From: Octopus bimaculoides
Lineage: Eukaryota
DNA length: 50,735 bases
Assembly: GCF_001194135.2 (NCBI RefSeq)
Contig: NC_069002.1
Span: 78,327-129,061 of the forward strand
Reading direction: 5' to 3'
Part shown: positions 26,178 through 38,880 of the stretch, piece by piece
Position numbering within the stretch: the stretch's first letter is position 1
How the letters are laid out: every line of letters starts with the position of its first letter
Program-made: the position numbers and the translations under genes
The notes under the pieces: generated by a model
Seen by the model: only the letters and a program-made list of their open reading frames with translations
Told to the model about the DNA's origin: nothing
Database searches by the model: none

Positions 26178-26510
26178 GTGTTGGTTCAACATTTTTTGAA
26201 TGTTCACTTTTCTATGGATTGGATAGAATTTATTAAGGCAGAATTTCTATGGTCAGATGCCCTTCCTGTCACGGACCTTGTTTCCAAGAAAGGTAATATT
26301 TCCCCATTGCCAGATATGTTTTTGCAGAATATTAGAATGGCACTGACAGTAACACCCATTTACAACTACCGTGTGATGTCAAAACAAGGAGGTAGAAACA
26401 AACATATATGATGGGCTTCTTTCATTTTCTGGCTACCAAATCTACTCACAAGACTTTGGTTAGGCTGGGGCCAAAGTAAAAGATACTTGTACAGGGTGCT
26501 ATACAGTCTG
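26178..26510 (-). mobile_element. Composite SINE (family-2 head plus RTE-type tail)
   Basis: Same blocks as 6229-6540. Confidence 0.6.
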
Positions 26511-29500
26511 TTTGAAAAAATAGTAAAAGTTGCCAAAAAGTAGAAGCAATGGTTATACATATGAATGAAATAAGTTGGTTGGTCTCAAATCCTTTGACTA
26601 CCACTACTGAAACAAAGAAAGAATATATATATATACTTATGTCAGCAAAGACTAAAATCTAGATACAAAAGAAAGTGAATTTAAATAAAGTAATTGGACC
26701 AGTGTGGAAACATCCAATTGGAAATGGCACTCAACAATCTCTTTCTAAGAAATACATAGGACTTTGAAGAAAATTGTAAAATATGTATACATATATAAGG
26801 ATATTTCTAGAAAGAAATGTGTAAGAAAAAATTCCATGACATGTAAAGAAACACTTTCAAACCTCGTTGGTTTACATGTACATAGAGACATCTTATAACC
26901 TGGTTGGATTATATCCATGTATATACACCCAATCAGAGTGTATATAAAATCTGTTGGCTTAAAGAACAGTAAAAAAAAAACAAGGTCAAGATTTTTTATG
27001 TTTCATTGAGTGTAACTAACTCATTGTAATATATTTGTTCTGACATTTGTAAAGCATACTGATAAGTTACATAAGTTTTATAATGAAAATAACATCTAGA
27101 ATTTGAGTCACCCATTTTGTTGTTTTGTTTTGTTTGTTTTTTTGCCTTTTAAGTTATGGTTGTGGCTAACAAAACCACCCTTGGTTTTGTTAGCCACTGT
27201 TTTAAAGGGAATCAAAACTTTACATTGAAGCTCCATGTTAATTTATATTCCAAACACCAGTTACAAATTCATTATTTTCAAAATTGAAACAACGGCACTA
27301 TATTTCGTCCCAAATGTAGTAACTAAAGAGACTTTCTAGAAATACTTCTTTTTACAAATTTCACAAAATCCAGAATTCAAGGAAAAAACGAGCACTTTGT
27401 AAGTATATATTAATCTAGCATCATTATGTGAGAAATCAAGTCATCACATCTTATGCAAGAGTTCTGAGATGTGATTGGAGTAACAGAATACAAGAGAAGC
27501 TGACTTCTACAACAATTTATCTTAAAAGTAATGCATAAGCATAAAAATAACATATCTCATATGTCAAAAGCACTATAAAAAATGCAAAATAAATAAAAGA
27601 TTGTCACTCATGTGCAAGTATGACCACCAGACAGCTTGTACCATGCTTTTACTTATTGTTTTAGTGAGCAGAAATAGATATTCTGTTCGTCATCCTAACT
27701 TTGGCTCAACAAAACATCCAGAATATGATAGATGGAAGGAGACAGCGCTGCACCAACTGTCAGATTACAGCTGGATAGATTGAAGCAATTAACTTCCCTT
27801 AACAAAAGGGAATGCTAAAGGTAAAATTGCTAATTCAATAAGCTACTGTAGTACCAACTAACAGATCTGGACATCAAATTCATGAAATCACATTCTGCAT
27901 ACTTTAACTCACATGTGATTGTTTTGAGATGTTACAAGTAACAGATTGACATTCTCTGTACAAAGAGATTTCTCTCATCATTAATACCATAAAACTCAAC
28001 AAGAAGAAGCACTGACCTTCGCAAATATCATACACACGAGGCATTTAAAGAGTTACATTTTGTATTTGAAGAAAAAGGAATGATTAGAGTAGCCCCATAT
28101 TGTCACAGTTCTTGGTAGACTTGAGAAATGCTTCAGACAAGGCGCAAGAGAGGATGAAAGGGGCAGGTTACTAAATTTTACTTCTGTCCACAACTAAGAC
28201 AGAGAATAGCTTACATGTTTTGGAGGCCAACTTTATTCTCTTACAGACAGAGAAATAGGACTTTGAGGACCATATTTAAAAGCCAATAGTGTTAATGGTT
28301 ATGTCAGGTTAGGAGAAGCATGAAAGAAGAAAATGCACAGTACAATAGCTGTAGAATAATAATAATTGCTACATTAATGTCATTAGTGAGATGCAAAGAG
28401 GGACCAGAAACAATGCAAACAAATTAAAGTACTGGGAGAAAATGTTATTGAGGTGACATTTTGTAACTATTTTATATTCCAAGAGTTTACATAATAACAT
28501 TATTTCTTCTCCCTCAACCACCATTAAGGAGAAAAAGAAAAAACAAAGTTTCCTACTCTTCCATACTTACTTTATACATGTGAAAAGGTCAGATATATTT
28601 CTAGTGGATTTCATCAAAAGCAGTTAACAGAGACACACAAAATAAAGAAAAAGAAAGTGCCAATGAATTACCAACTGGAGCTAATGACTAGTGTTTATTT
28701 TTACAACATTTTCAGGGGAGGAGGCTTATATTAGAGAACTATTGCCAAAGATGAGCCTTGGCAAAGTTGTCTTTTTAAAACCCTGATTTGTCACACAGTT
28801 CTTTCAAAAGAACAGTCCACTTCAAATACAAATCTGGTGAATCTAAGGAATTTATTAATATTTTTGTTTTCTTTAGTGTCAGAAAAAGCAAGGAAATATT
28901 ATCTATAGTACACAAGAATGGCCCATAAGAACCTATGGAAAAACTCTAGGCTAGACAATAGCTAAAAAAAAAATGAAACTAACAACAGTAGAGTCATGAA
29001 GCTATGACTCACGAGTCAGTAATGCTTCGTCTAGTTTTTATCTAAAGAGCTGATGTACCATTTCATATCTGTGTTTACTAAAGGACTTCGGAACCGTACT
29101 GAAATAAAATTATATATATTTATACACACACACACACACACACACACACTGGTATGCAGATAGACCAATCTCTTGTGCTTCACAAGACTATCAGCCACGT
29201 TTCTGCCCTCACCCTTCTCTTTCTACCATTGTCAGTTAGAACAAAGTCCTTCAAGCCTACACTCTCTATCTCTATATGTACAGCTATACAGTTGAGAACA
29301 GCTTCTCAAGCAAATGAGAAAAACCTAATGAGTTAAGAGAGCCTCTACATGGTCACTTACCCTGTTAAAAACAGTAACAAAATATTTCCCTCAAGCCACA
29401 CCCCACTGCCTTAAAAGAAGGACACAACAGATGAGTGTTTCTCGGTGTGGCTTCTGAAGAATATTACAGTTCCAAGAAAAAAGGAATTTCTGGAGTTTCA

Positions 29501-29582
29501 CAAAAACTGTCTTGCTAAAATTTTAAATCATTTCTTTTATAAAACTAATAGTGCTCCCATTTTAAAAATATTGGACTATATG

Positions 29583-30161
29583 AAGACCTGGGATGAGGTG
29601 GTGAAGCATGACCTTCGAACGTTGGGACTCACAGAGGTAATGACAAGTATCTGAGACCTTTGGAAATATACTGTGCTTGAGAAGATCCAGCAAGTCAAGT
29701 GAGACTGTAATCATGGCCTATGCCAGTGCAGTATAACCGGCCCATTTAAGAGTACCCTCCAATTATTGGGCAATTAACTGCACTTGTGAAGACCTGTTGA
29801 GTCAAGTGAAGTCATTGTTGTGGCTGATGACAGTTCTGCCTGATTGGCACCCATGCCAGTAGCACGTAAAAAGCACCATTCATGCGTGGTCGATGTCAGT
29901 GCCGTTTGACTGATTTCATGTTGGTGGCACGTAAAAAGCATCTTTTAAGCATGGTCGATGCCAGTGCCAGCTGATTGGCTTCTGTGTTGGTGGTACATAA
30001 AAGGCACCCACATAGTGGTTGGCATTAGGAAGGGCATCCAGCTGTAGAAACTTTGCCAGATCAGATTGGAGCCTAGTGCAGCCTTCTGGCTTGCCAGTCC
30101 TCAGTCAAACCGTCCAATCCATGCCAGCATGGAATGCGGACATGACGATGATGACGACGAT
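29583..30161 (+). mobile_element. RTE LINE 3' end: ORF terminus, 3' UTR with internal ~60-bp repeats, and tail
   Basis: KTWDEVVKHDLRTLGLTEVMTS, then about three ggcacgtaaaaagca-containing units, then ccatgccagcatgg...gatgatgac. Confidence 0.85.
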
Positions 30162-30524
30162 GGGGAGTGGGGTTAGGGTTATGTTCTAAATCAAAAAAAT
30201 TTATTTAATGTCTTTTCAAAATTAGGATGAGATGTCCATAAAATTTACAAAGATTGGAAGGTTTTGTTATAATGAAAAATCCCAGTTTTTGGAAGAAGTC
30301 ACAAGGCTTAAAATTACACACTAAGCTTTTATTTATAGACTCTTAAAAGTTTTATTGGTTTAGTCTGGAGAATGGTGCCAGTGACCATTGTAAGTATTCT
30401 AAGACCAAATTAAAATTTTAAAAAGAAAAACAAAGAGCAATAATACTTGAAATCAAGTTAATTTCTTTCTCTCGTTTAAGAAAAATGTTAATTTAGCACC
30501 AAATTCTGTTTATCTTTATTTTTT

Positions 30525-30830
30525 CTCTTTTACTTGCTTCAGTCATTAGAGTGCAGCCATACTGGGGCATAACCTTGAAGAATTTTTAGTTGAATGTATC
30601 AATCCAAGTACTTATTCTTTAAAAACCTGGTACTTATTCTCTTAGTCTCTATTGCTGGACTGCTAGATTATGGGGATATAAACACACTAGAACCAGTTGT
30701 CAAGCACCGGTGGGGGACAGACAGACACAAAGACATACAGATAACTACAAATACAATGGGCTTCTTTCAGTTTCCATCTACCAAATCCACCCACAAGGCT
30801 ATAATAGAAGACACTTGCTTAAGGTGCTAA
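30525..30830 (-). mobile_element. SINE family 2 copy
   Basis: ttttacttgcttcagtcatt...cagtttccatctaccaaatccacccacaaggc. Confidence 0.7.
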
Positions 30831-32122
30831 AGGAGAAACATAATGTCTATAACTATATGTAAACAGTCTCTACAAGCAAACATGTATGGGCTTCTTGGTT
30901 GGTTCGCGGGTGTCCTGGGCAGGTACAGCTCACGGAAGTATGAAGGGAATCGGTGTGCATGAACAGACTTTCATTAGTTTGGGGTTAGGGTTAGGGTGGA
31001 ATTCAAATACTATTAGTGTACGAGAAGGCAACAGAGAGCTTCCTGCAATACACCTTTCTCTGTGGTGTTTTGATCACCCAATGGAGTCACAGTTGCAATT
31101 ATACAACCCTACCATTCCTACGTTGAAATTGAAAATAAAAGATTAAAAAAGAATGTAGAAAACTAATTTTAGTTATCTTTTCATAAGATCTGTCTAGACT
31201 CAGTGTGAAAGGACTTGTAAATGAAATATATCACTTAATAATAATAACAACAACAACATATTATGTAAAGAACAGAAGCAGTACTTCAGAGAAGGAGAGG
31301 TTAAGAAATGCCTTTTGAGGGAAAGAAAAAAATATGACAGAGGTGGGAGTGGGGGAAAACTGTCATTTTTGGATCCTGGGATGACAGTTTTTGTTGAGAA
31401 GAATAAAATAAAATAAATAAAAGCAGTGATTTTCAGAGACAGCTCTGAACAATACTAGTTTCATTGTGAAAATATAATAGTTTTTTCAATAGGATATAAA
31501 GAGTAAAAAATAAATAAATAAATAAAATGGTTGTGATTGAGACTAAAATAACTGTAAAGAAAACATTTTTGTTTTCTTTATTTTGTTATTACTTTAAATT
31601 TAAATACATTCATATTATAGTATTTATTGTTTTGTTATATACAAGATTTGAAATACTGACTCAATTTCAATTCAGGTACATTAAAAAGCATTTTTCTAAC
31701 AGCAAGTTCAACCAAAGTTTGAAACCTGAACTCTCACTAATCACTTTTCAACTTAGTCATGGGCCTCAACTTTCAGCATAGGTGCTTTTGCTTTTTGTTT
31801 TTTTCTTGCATGACACTATTTCCTTTTTTTCTTTTTTTTTTATACAGAGTTTGCTAATCAAATCTTTATTGGGCCTCCTATGAGTACCTAGATCAACTGT
31901 GTCACAGCCACAGATAAAAGCCTCAACAGGCTTTTCCAGAAAATAATCCACAAAGGTGATTCGCAGAAAAGTGTAGTTCAACCTCAGTATCAAGTAACTA
32001 ATTTACATAAGACTTACCCAACATTGCTATAAATACATAAACTTACCTCACACAAACCCCTACACATCTCTATACACTGAAAAACTGTCCCACTGACATG
32101 TTAATAGATCTACTCCCACTAA

Positions 32123-32335
32123 GGTGGTGAGCTGGCAGAACTGCCAGCATGCCAGATAGAATGCTTAGCAGCATTTCATCTGTCTTCATGTTCTGAGTTC
32201 AAATTCTACTGAGGTTGACTTTGCCTTTCATTCTTTCAGAGTCAATAACATAAGTACCAGTTGTGTACTGGGGTTGATGTCACTGACTTACCCCTCCCTC
32301 GAAATTGCTGGCCTTGTGCCATAATTTGAAATCAA
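32123..32335 (+). mobile_element. SINE family 1 copy with the alternative tail
   Basis: ggtggtgagctggcagaa...gagttcaaattc...gaaattgctggccttgtgccataatttgaaatc. Confidence 0.8.
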
Positions 32336-32699
32336 TATATCTAATTCCACTAACAATTTAATTCAAACATTCTTATACATGCATTACTGAATGTATACAT
32401 ATATACACTGTGTACTTTCATTTATTAAAAGACATTTTAACTGCTCGTCTCTGAATATATCCTCAGGATATTGCCTGAGTTGGGAGCGACCCAATAATTC
32501 TTGTATGCATTAACAAACAAAGGATATTCTTATATCCTAAAAAAGCGTAAACTTTGACAAAGTGCTGATGCTGCCTCAACTGCTGCAGAGAAGGAAAACA
32601 AATGCCCTGCACGCCTGGTCAGGGATGCTGCCAGCGTGCTTCCCACACCTTACAACAGAGACATACTATGCTGCAGACTTCCATTCAACAAGGAACGAA

Positions 32700-33045
32700 T
32701 AGATGAGCATTTCCAACATGGCACCTGTACCAGTGGAGCGCTAAGAACACCGCCTGAGCGTGATCATTGCCAGAGCAGCTGCCTGGCTTCCTTGCCAGTG
32801 GCACGTAAATAGCACCATTTTAAGTGTGGCCGTTGCCAGTACTGCCTGACTAGCCCTTGTGCCGGTGGCACGTAAAAGCACCCACTACACTCTCGGAGTG
32901 CTTGGCGTTAGGAAGGGCATCCAGCTGTAGAAACTCTGCCAAATCAGATTGGAGCCTGGTGTAGCCATCTGGTCCGCCAGTCCTCAGTCAAATCGTCCAA
33001 CCCATGCTAGCATGGAAGGCGGACGTTAAACGATGATGATGATGA

Positions 33046-33048
<3 letters not shown>
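32700..33048 (+). mobile_element. Young RTE 3' UTR copy C
   Basis: The last ~190 bp are almost the exact reverse complement of copy A and end in gttaaacgatgatgatgat. Confidence 0.85.
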
Positions 33049-33092
<44 letters not shown>

Positions 33093-33120
33093 CACACGAT
33101 ATATGTATCTGTGTGTCTGA

Positions 33121-33310
33121 GTGTATCCTCTCTCCATCGCTTGACAACCAATGTTGGTGTGTTTACGTCACCGTAACCTAGCAGTTCGGCAAAAGAGACC
33201 GATAGAATAAGTGCTAGGCTTACAAAGCGTAAGTCCTGGAGGTTGATTTGTTCGACTAAAAGCAGTGCTCCAGCATGGCCGCTGTCAAATGACTGAAACA
33301 AGTAAAAGAG
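33121..33310 (+). mobile_element. SINE family 2, 3' half
   Basis: cgcttgacaacc...gttcggcaaaagagaccgatagaataag...gactgaaacaagtaaaagag. Confidence 0.78.
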
Positions 33311-33822
33311 AATATATATATACATGCCAAAATAGTATTATGTCAACAGATTGATCGAACACATGAAATATATGTTTACATTATGAGAATTTGTAAATTT
33401 CAACAGATATGAAATTGTTGAGTTTTTTGGGGTTTTTTAAAAATTTTTTACGGTGGAATTCAAGATGGATAAAGCTATAAATAACAGTGTATAGAACACT
33501 GGGTTAAAAAAAAAACCCTTGAATGGGAAAAAGTCTTGCTATGGGATACCCTACATCTATGAACATGACGGATGTTCTAGCGATAATGAAGAGTAGCCGT
33601 TGATTTTCTCCATCCGGAGAGAACCCAATATTCTTCACTCTTTTCTTTATAGCTTTTAGTAGATTTTATATACTCACATACACAAACTGCCTTACATGTA
33701 CTAACAGTAGGTGTAAACAATTCACACGCACACATGTAATAAACATACACACCTAAGAAGCAGTAAGTAAATATATATATATATCAATGTTTATATTTAC
33801 AGTGTTAAGCACTCTTACTTCC

Positions 33823-34080
33823 TCTGTGTAGTAAGAAGCTTGTTTCCCAACCACATGGTTCCAGGTTCAGTCCCACTGCGTGGTATCTTGGGTAGGTGTC
33901 TTCTACTATAGCCTCAGGCCGACCAAAGTCTTTTGAGTGAATTTGGTAGACGGAAACCGAAAGAAGCCCGTCGTACATATTTGTGTGTGTGTGTGTCCCG
34001 TCCACCGCTTGACAACCGAGGCTGGTGTGTTTACGCCCCCCGTAACTTAGACTGACAGAATAAGTACTAGACTTACAAAG
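33823..34080 (+). mobile_element. SINE family 2, 5' and central part
   Basis: tRNA-like head gtgtagtaagaagcttg...ggttcagtcccactgcg. Confidence 0.8.
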
Positions 34081-34140
34081 AACACACACACACACATATA
34101 ATTAGGAAGATGTGTGTGTGTGTATATATATGTGTGTGTG

Positions 34141-34224
<84 letters not shown>

Positions 34225-34299
34225 CATACATACACACACACACACAACATATATATCTTCCTAATTATACACGCAGATGGAGCAAGTTGCATATAGTCT

Positions 34300-37136
34300 A
34301 GCAAAGAACTCCTGTAAAAGTATACGAGTTCCGGTCTCCACCAAATGGGGGGGGGGGCGGTGCCGGAGCCAACTTGTGACAGTTGAACGATTCATTATAT
34401 CAATATTGGCTCTCCACAAGCGAGCATACTCTCTACAATGGCTTGATTATCAGAGGTGTAACAGCCGTTATTCCACTACCCTTATGATGTAACCTGACTG
34501 CCTGATGTGACAACTGCAACCAACCTACACACATTAATATGATTTATAGTTGATTGTTGTTGTTTAGCTCAAAGTCTACCTTGATTGAACTGAACAATGA
34601 TCAAAAGCGTTCCAGCCGTGACCATGACCATCTAATAATTTTTCAATATTATTTTTTTAAGGGATAGCGTATCCAAGACTACTCAATGCAGTTCTGACGT
34701 TTAAAGACGTTGATTTCTTGAAGGTCGTGCAACCACGCAAAGGATACTCGATATAAAGGCACAGCCTAATAGGACTTTATATAGCCAATACCCTCAGTGT
34801 AAAAACAAAAGACAAATGGTTCTGAGTGGAATGCTTTTGACTGGAGGGCCTGCGTGATCAGGGATTTCCTAACGGCGAGTGTTTGGGCACGGTATCAATT
34901 TAGCATATTTATAATAATAATCCTGATTGCAGCACATTATTGAACACATCTAAAATGAAAAATAAAAGATTGACATACTGATTAAAGAATTCCAGACATC
35001 TCTTCAAAAACTGTTTCTTTTTTTTTTTTGCAAGTTCCAGGCCCCGAACATAAAAGTAGCACAGAGAACTTAGCTCACAAAATAATGAAGAGGTTCTCGT
35101 AAAATATTAGGATGTTAATATACACATATATATAGAGAGAGAGTGAGAGATTAACAACTACTAAAGTGATCCTATGCAAAAATAGCAGCCAAATTTCTTT
35201 CAATTCACACCCTACTATGTTAGAAAAAAATTGGAAGGACATTTTGGATGATGTGTAGAAAATAGGAGACGATCATGGCTGGGAAGCCTTTCATCGCATG
35301 CCTCTTTTTCCAGGGACAATCAATCGAAATTAGAAATCGCAACAAAACCTATAACGGGGTAGAAAAAGGGGTAAAAAAAAACAAAACAAAACAAATCGGA
35401 GGAGAAATCCGTAGACGTGTCTTTGACGAAGCTTTCTGTTCTATTATGACCGTCGTTAAGTCAGAAATAACCGAGAAATACATAAATCACACAAAAACAA
35501 GAACTTCATTGAATTTTCTGAAACAAACAAATATACTTAATTATGTTTATAAGTATAACATATGTTATTGTATAAACTAGATATTTAACAAGGATGATAT
35601 CGTTTGATACAATTTAGTAGTGTTTGCCATCACAATAGCTTTTAAAATAAGTTTAGGAAAATTTTTACTATTTCCACTCGTCTAATGAAACGATTTAAAT
35701 AGTAAAAATTTACCGAGAAAAGGGGATCAACCTTTTAGTTTGACCGAAAAGGGTACGGAATAGAAGTCGAGGTAAAATTGGGAAAAAAAATATTGAACAG
35801 AAGGAAAGAACCACCCAATTCCTTGTCCTATTCCATGAGGCAATGATAGTTATTCCGAAAGTCTGTCGAGGGAAGGAACAATAAATATTTACCAAAAGGA
35901 AGCTTATAGGATTCTTCATTTTTCCAATAAAAATCAAGATAAAATTCTAATGTTCCTCATAAATAAGTCTATCGTAATCTTATATTTGTAGTTTATTTGA
36001 AACGTTATGGAAATTGAAATTCATTGAACCATATGTTGGATCCCTTCAACGTTTAACTGTATATTTATTGTCATTTGCTAAAGTTTTAAAAAAAGTTAAG
36101 AAAAATCTGAAGAATTAAAAAGAAGGAAATTGTTTTAACACACACCCACTTGTAACGAACCAACGAGGAAGCCGCTGCACCGTCTTTCGGTTTACTAGAT
36201 ATAGCAGCTAAATCTCCTAAAATAAGAACATAACATCTTTACAGAAAAGGGTGGGGGAAAGAAAAGATGTGTATTGTAGTTTTAGATAGAAACAAAAAAA
36301 AAACGACAGTGATGCTCCGAACGTTTTGCTTACAGACCCAGTTCAACCAGGGCTGACCAGGGGCTAAATAACATTGCAAACAACTACTTGTATAAATTAG
36401 TATTGTGTGTGTGTAGCCCGAAGTCTCCGATAAAACAGAAATATGGTCAGACATTCCAGCCATGACCATCCAGTGCATTTGTATATTTAAGACTGTTCAA
36501 GGTGTTCTTTCTTTTCAGACTGGAGGAAGATTTGGCTGCTATTAATAGCAGGCAGTGTGACAGTATAAGCGGTTCAGTTGTTGGTGTGTGTGTGTGTGTG
36601 TGTGTAGATAGATAAATAATAGAATCAGATTGAAAATCAGTTTCCTCAGGATTTGTCGTTTCTTCTACAAAAATGTAGCAGAGTAAAGTGAATGAATGAG
36701 TTAAATGGGTTTCGAAACCGAGTCCACTATCTCCACTTTCGTGGGAGCCTATACTTTTTTTGCCCATGGTGTAGACCAATTTTTTTCTGCTTTCTTTTAT
36801 CGGAATGTTTTCAACCTTTAATATCTTTTCGCCTTCACTAAAGTGAAAACGGTGATTCGGTTTCGAACCCCAATTAAGTATCTTTTTGCAGTAGAAACGA
36901 ACGTCACCAACACTTATCGCTTCGATCAGATATAAAACAGGAAATCCCAATATGTATCGACCCAAAGTAGGGGATGATCGATATTATGAGGAGTATTTCA
37001 ACTGACGCAATAAGTCGTTTGTTTGAGACAAAGATTTCAAGAAACAAAAGCGAAAGAAACTTAACACATATGTGGTGTGTGTGTGCGTGTAAGATAAGAA
37101 AATATAATAGAAATTTCATGTTATATATACATACAT

Positions 37137-37173
<37 letters not shown>

Positions 37174-37337
37174 TATATTTTATTTACATGTCACACAAAC
37201 GTGAAATGGAAAAGAAAGAGATGTTTTTGATTTCAATAAGTAAACACCGCCCTACTTTTGTGGTTGTCATGTTGAGGGGGTGGGACACGAAACATATTTC
37301 TTGAACGGACGAAGACTTTTCACGTTCGACCAACAAC
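34300..37337 (-). promoter_or_regulatory. CpG-enriched zone, candidate DENND1 promoter or 5' region
   Basis: Visibly more CG dinucleotides in non-repeat sequence than in the CpG-poor flanks, with DRE-like TATCGA (36955) and ATCGATA (36977). It lies between the VPS13 end and DENND1 exon 2. Inference only. Confidence 0.35.
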
Positions 37338-38157
37338 NNNNNNNNNNNNNNNNNNNNNNNNNNNNNNNNNNNNNNNNNNNNNNNNNNNNNNNNNNNNNNN
37401 NNNNNNNNNNNNNNNNNNNNNNNNNNNNNNNNNNNNNNNNNNNNNNNNNNNNNNNNNNNNNNNNNNNNNNNNNNNNNNNNNNNNNNNNNNNNNNNNNNNN
37501 NNNNNNNNNNNNNNNNNNNNNNNNNNNNNNNNNNNNNNNNNNNNNNNNNNNNNNNNNNNNNNNNNNNNNNNNNNNNNNNNNNNNNNNNNNNNNNNNNNNN
37601 NNNNNNNNNNNNNNNNNNNNNNNNNNNNNNNNNNNNNNNNNNNNNNNNNNNNNNNNNNNNNNNNNNNNNNNNNNNNNNNNNNNNNNNNNNNNNNNNNNNN
37701 NNNNNNNNNNNNNNNNNNNNNNNNNNNNNNNNNNNNNNNNNNNNNNNNNNNNNNNNNNNNNNNNNNNNNNNNNNNNNNNNNNNNNNNNNNNNNNNNNNNN
37801 NNNNNNNNNNNNNNNNNNNNNNNNNNNNNNNNNNNNNNNNNNNNNNNNNNNNNNNNNNNNNNNNNNNNNNNNNNNNNNNNNNNNNNNNNNNNNNNNNNNN
37901 NNNNNNNNNNNNNNNNNNNNNNNNNNNNNNNNNNNNNNNNNNNNNNNNNNNNNNNNNNNNNNNNNNNNNNNNNNNNNNNNNNNNNNNNNNNNNNNNNNNN
38001 NNNNNNNNNNNNNNNNNNNNNNNNNNNNNNNNNNNNNNNNNNNNNNNNNNNNNNNNNNNNNNNNNNNNNNNNNNNNNNNNNNNNNNNNNNNNNNNNNNNN
38101 NNNNNNNNNNNNNNNNNNNNNNNNNNNNNNNNNNNNNNNNNNNNNNNNNNNNNNNNN

Positions 38158-38880
38158 TTTACAGGGTGGCCATAAAGTCGGGGTCCAAACATTTACAGGG
38201 TGGCCATAAAGTCGGGGTCCAAACATTTACAGGGTGGCCATAAAGTCGGGGTCCAAACATTTACAGAGTGGTCATAAAGTCGGGATCCAAACATTTACAG
38301 AGTGGTCATAAAGTCGGGGTCCAAACATTTACAGGGTGGCCATAAAGTCGGGGTCCAAACATCTACAGGGTGGCCATAATGTCGGGGTCCAAACATATAC
38401 AAGTGGCCATAAAGTCGGGGTCCAAACATTTACAAGTGGCCATAAAGTCGGGGTCCTAAATTTAAAGGGTTGCCATAAAGTTGGGGTCCAAACATTTACA
38501 ATCGGACATAAAGTCGGGGTGCAAAGATTTAGAGAGTGGCCATAAAGTCTGGATCCAAACATTTACAGGGTGGCCATGAACTCGGGGTCCAAACACTTAC
38601 AAGTGGACATAAAGTCGGGGTTCAAAAATTTACAAGTGGCCATAAAGTCGGGGTCCAAACATCTACAGGTGGCTATACAGTCGGGGTCCAAATATTTAGA
38701 AGTGGCCATAAAATCGGGGACCAAACATTTACAAGTGGACATAAAGCCGAGATCCAAGCATTTACAAATGGCCATAAAGTCAGGGTTGAAACATTTACAA
38801 GTGGCCATAAAGTCGGGGTCCAAACATTTACAAGTGGCCATAAGGTCGGGGTTGAAACAAGTACAAGTGGCCATAAAGTT
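38158..38880 (+). repeat. 33/34-bp tandem array 1
   Basis: Unit aca(gg/a)gtggccataaagtcggggtccaaacattt, about 21 visible copies; the left end runs into a gap. Confidence 0.95.

Noticed and set aside
30981-30997. Interstitial telomeric TTAGGG repeats (also near 30170)
   Set aside because: Only about two units, which is expected by chance or within a dispersed repeat.
36447-36965. 172-aa minus-strand ORF containing SGDSGLG
   Set aside because: No recognisable domain, it runs into a (CA)n repeat and a dispersed repeat, and I found no phase-compatible donor to DENND1 exon 2.
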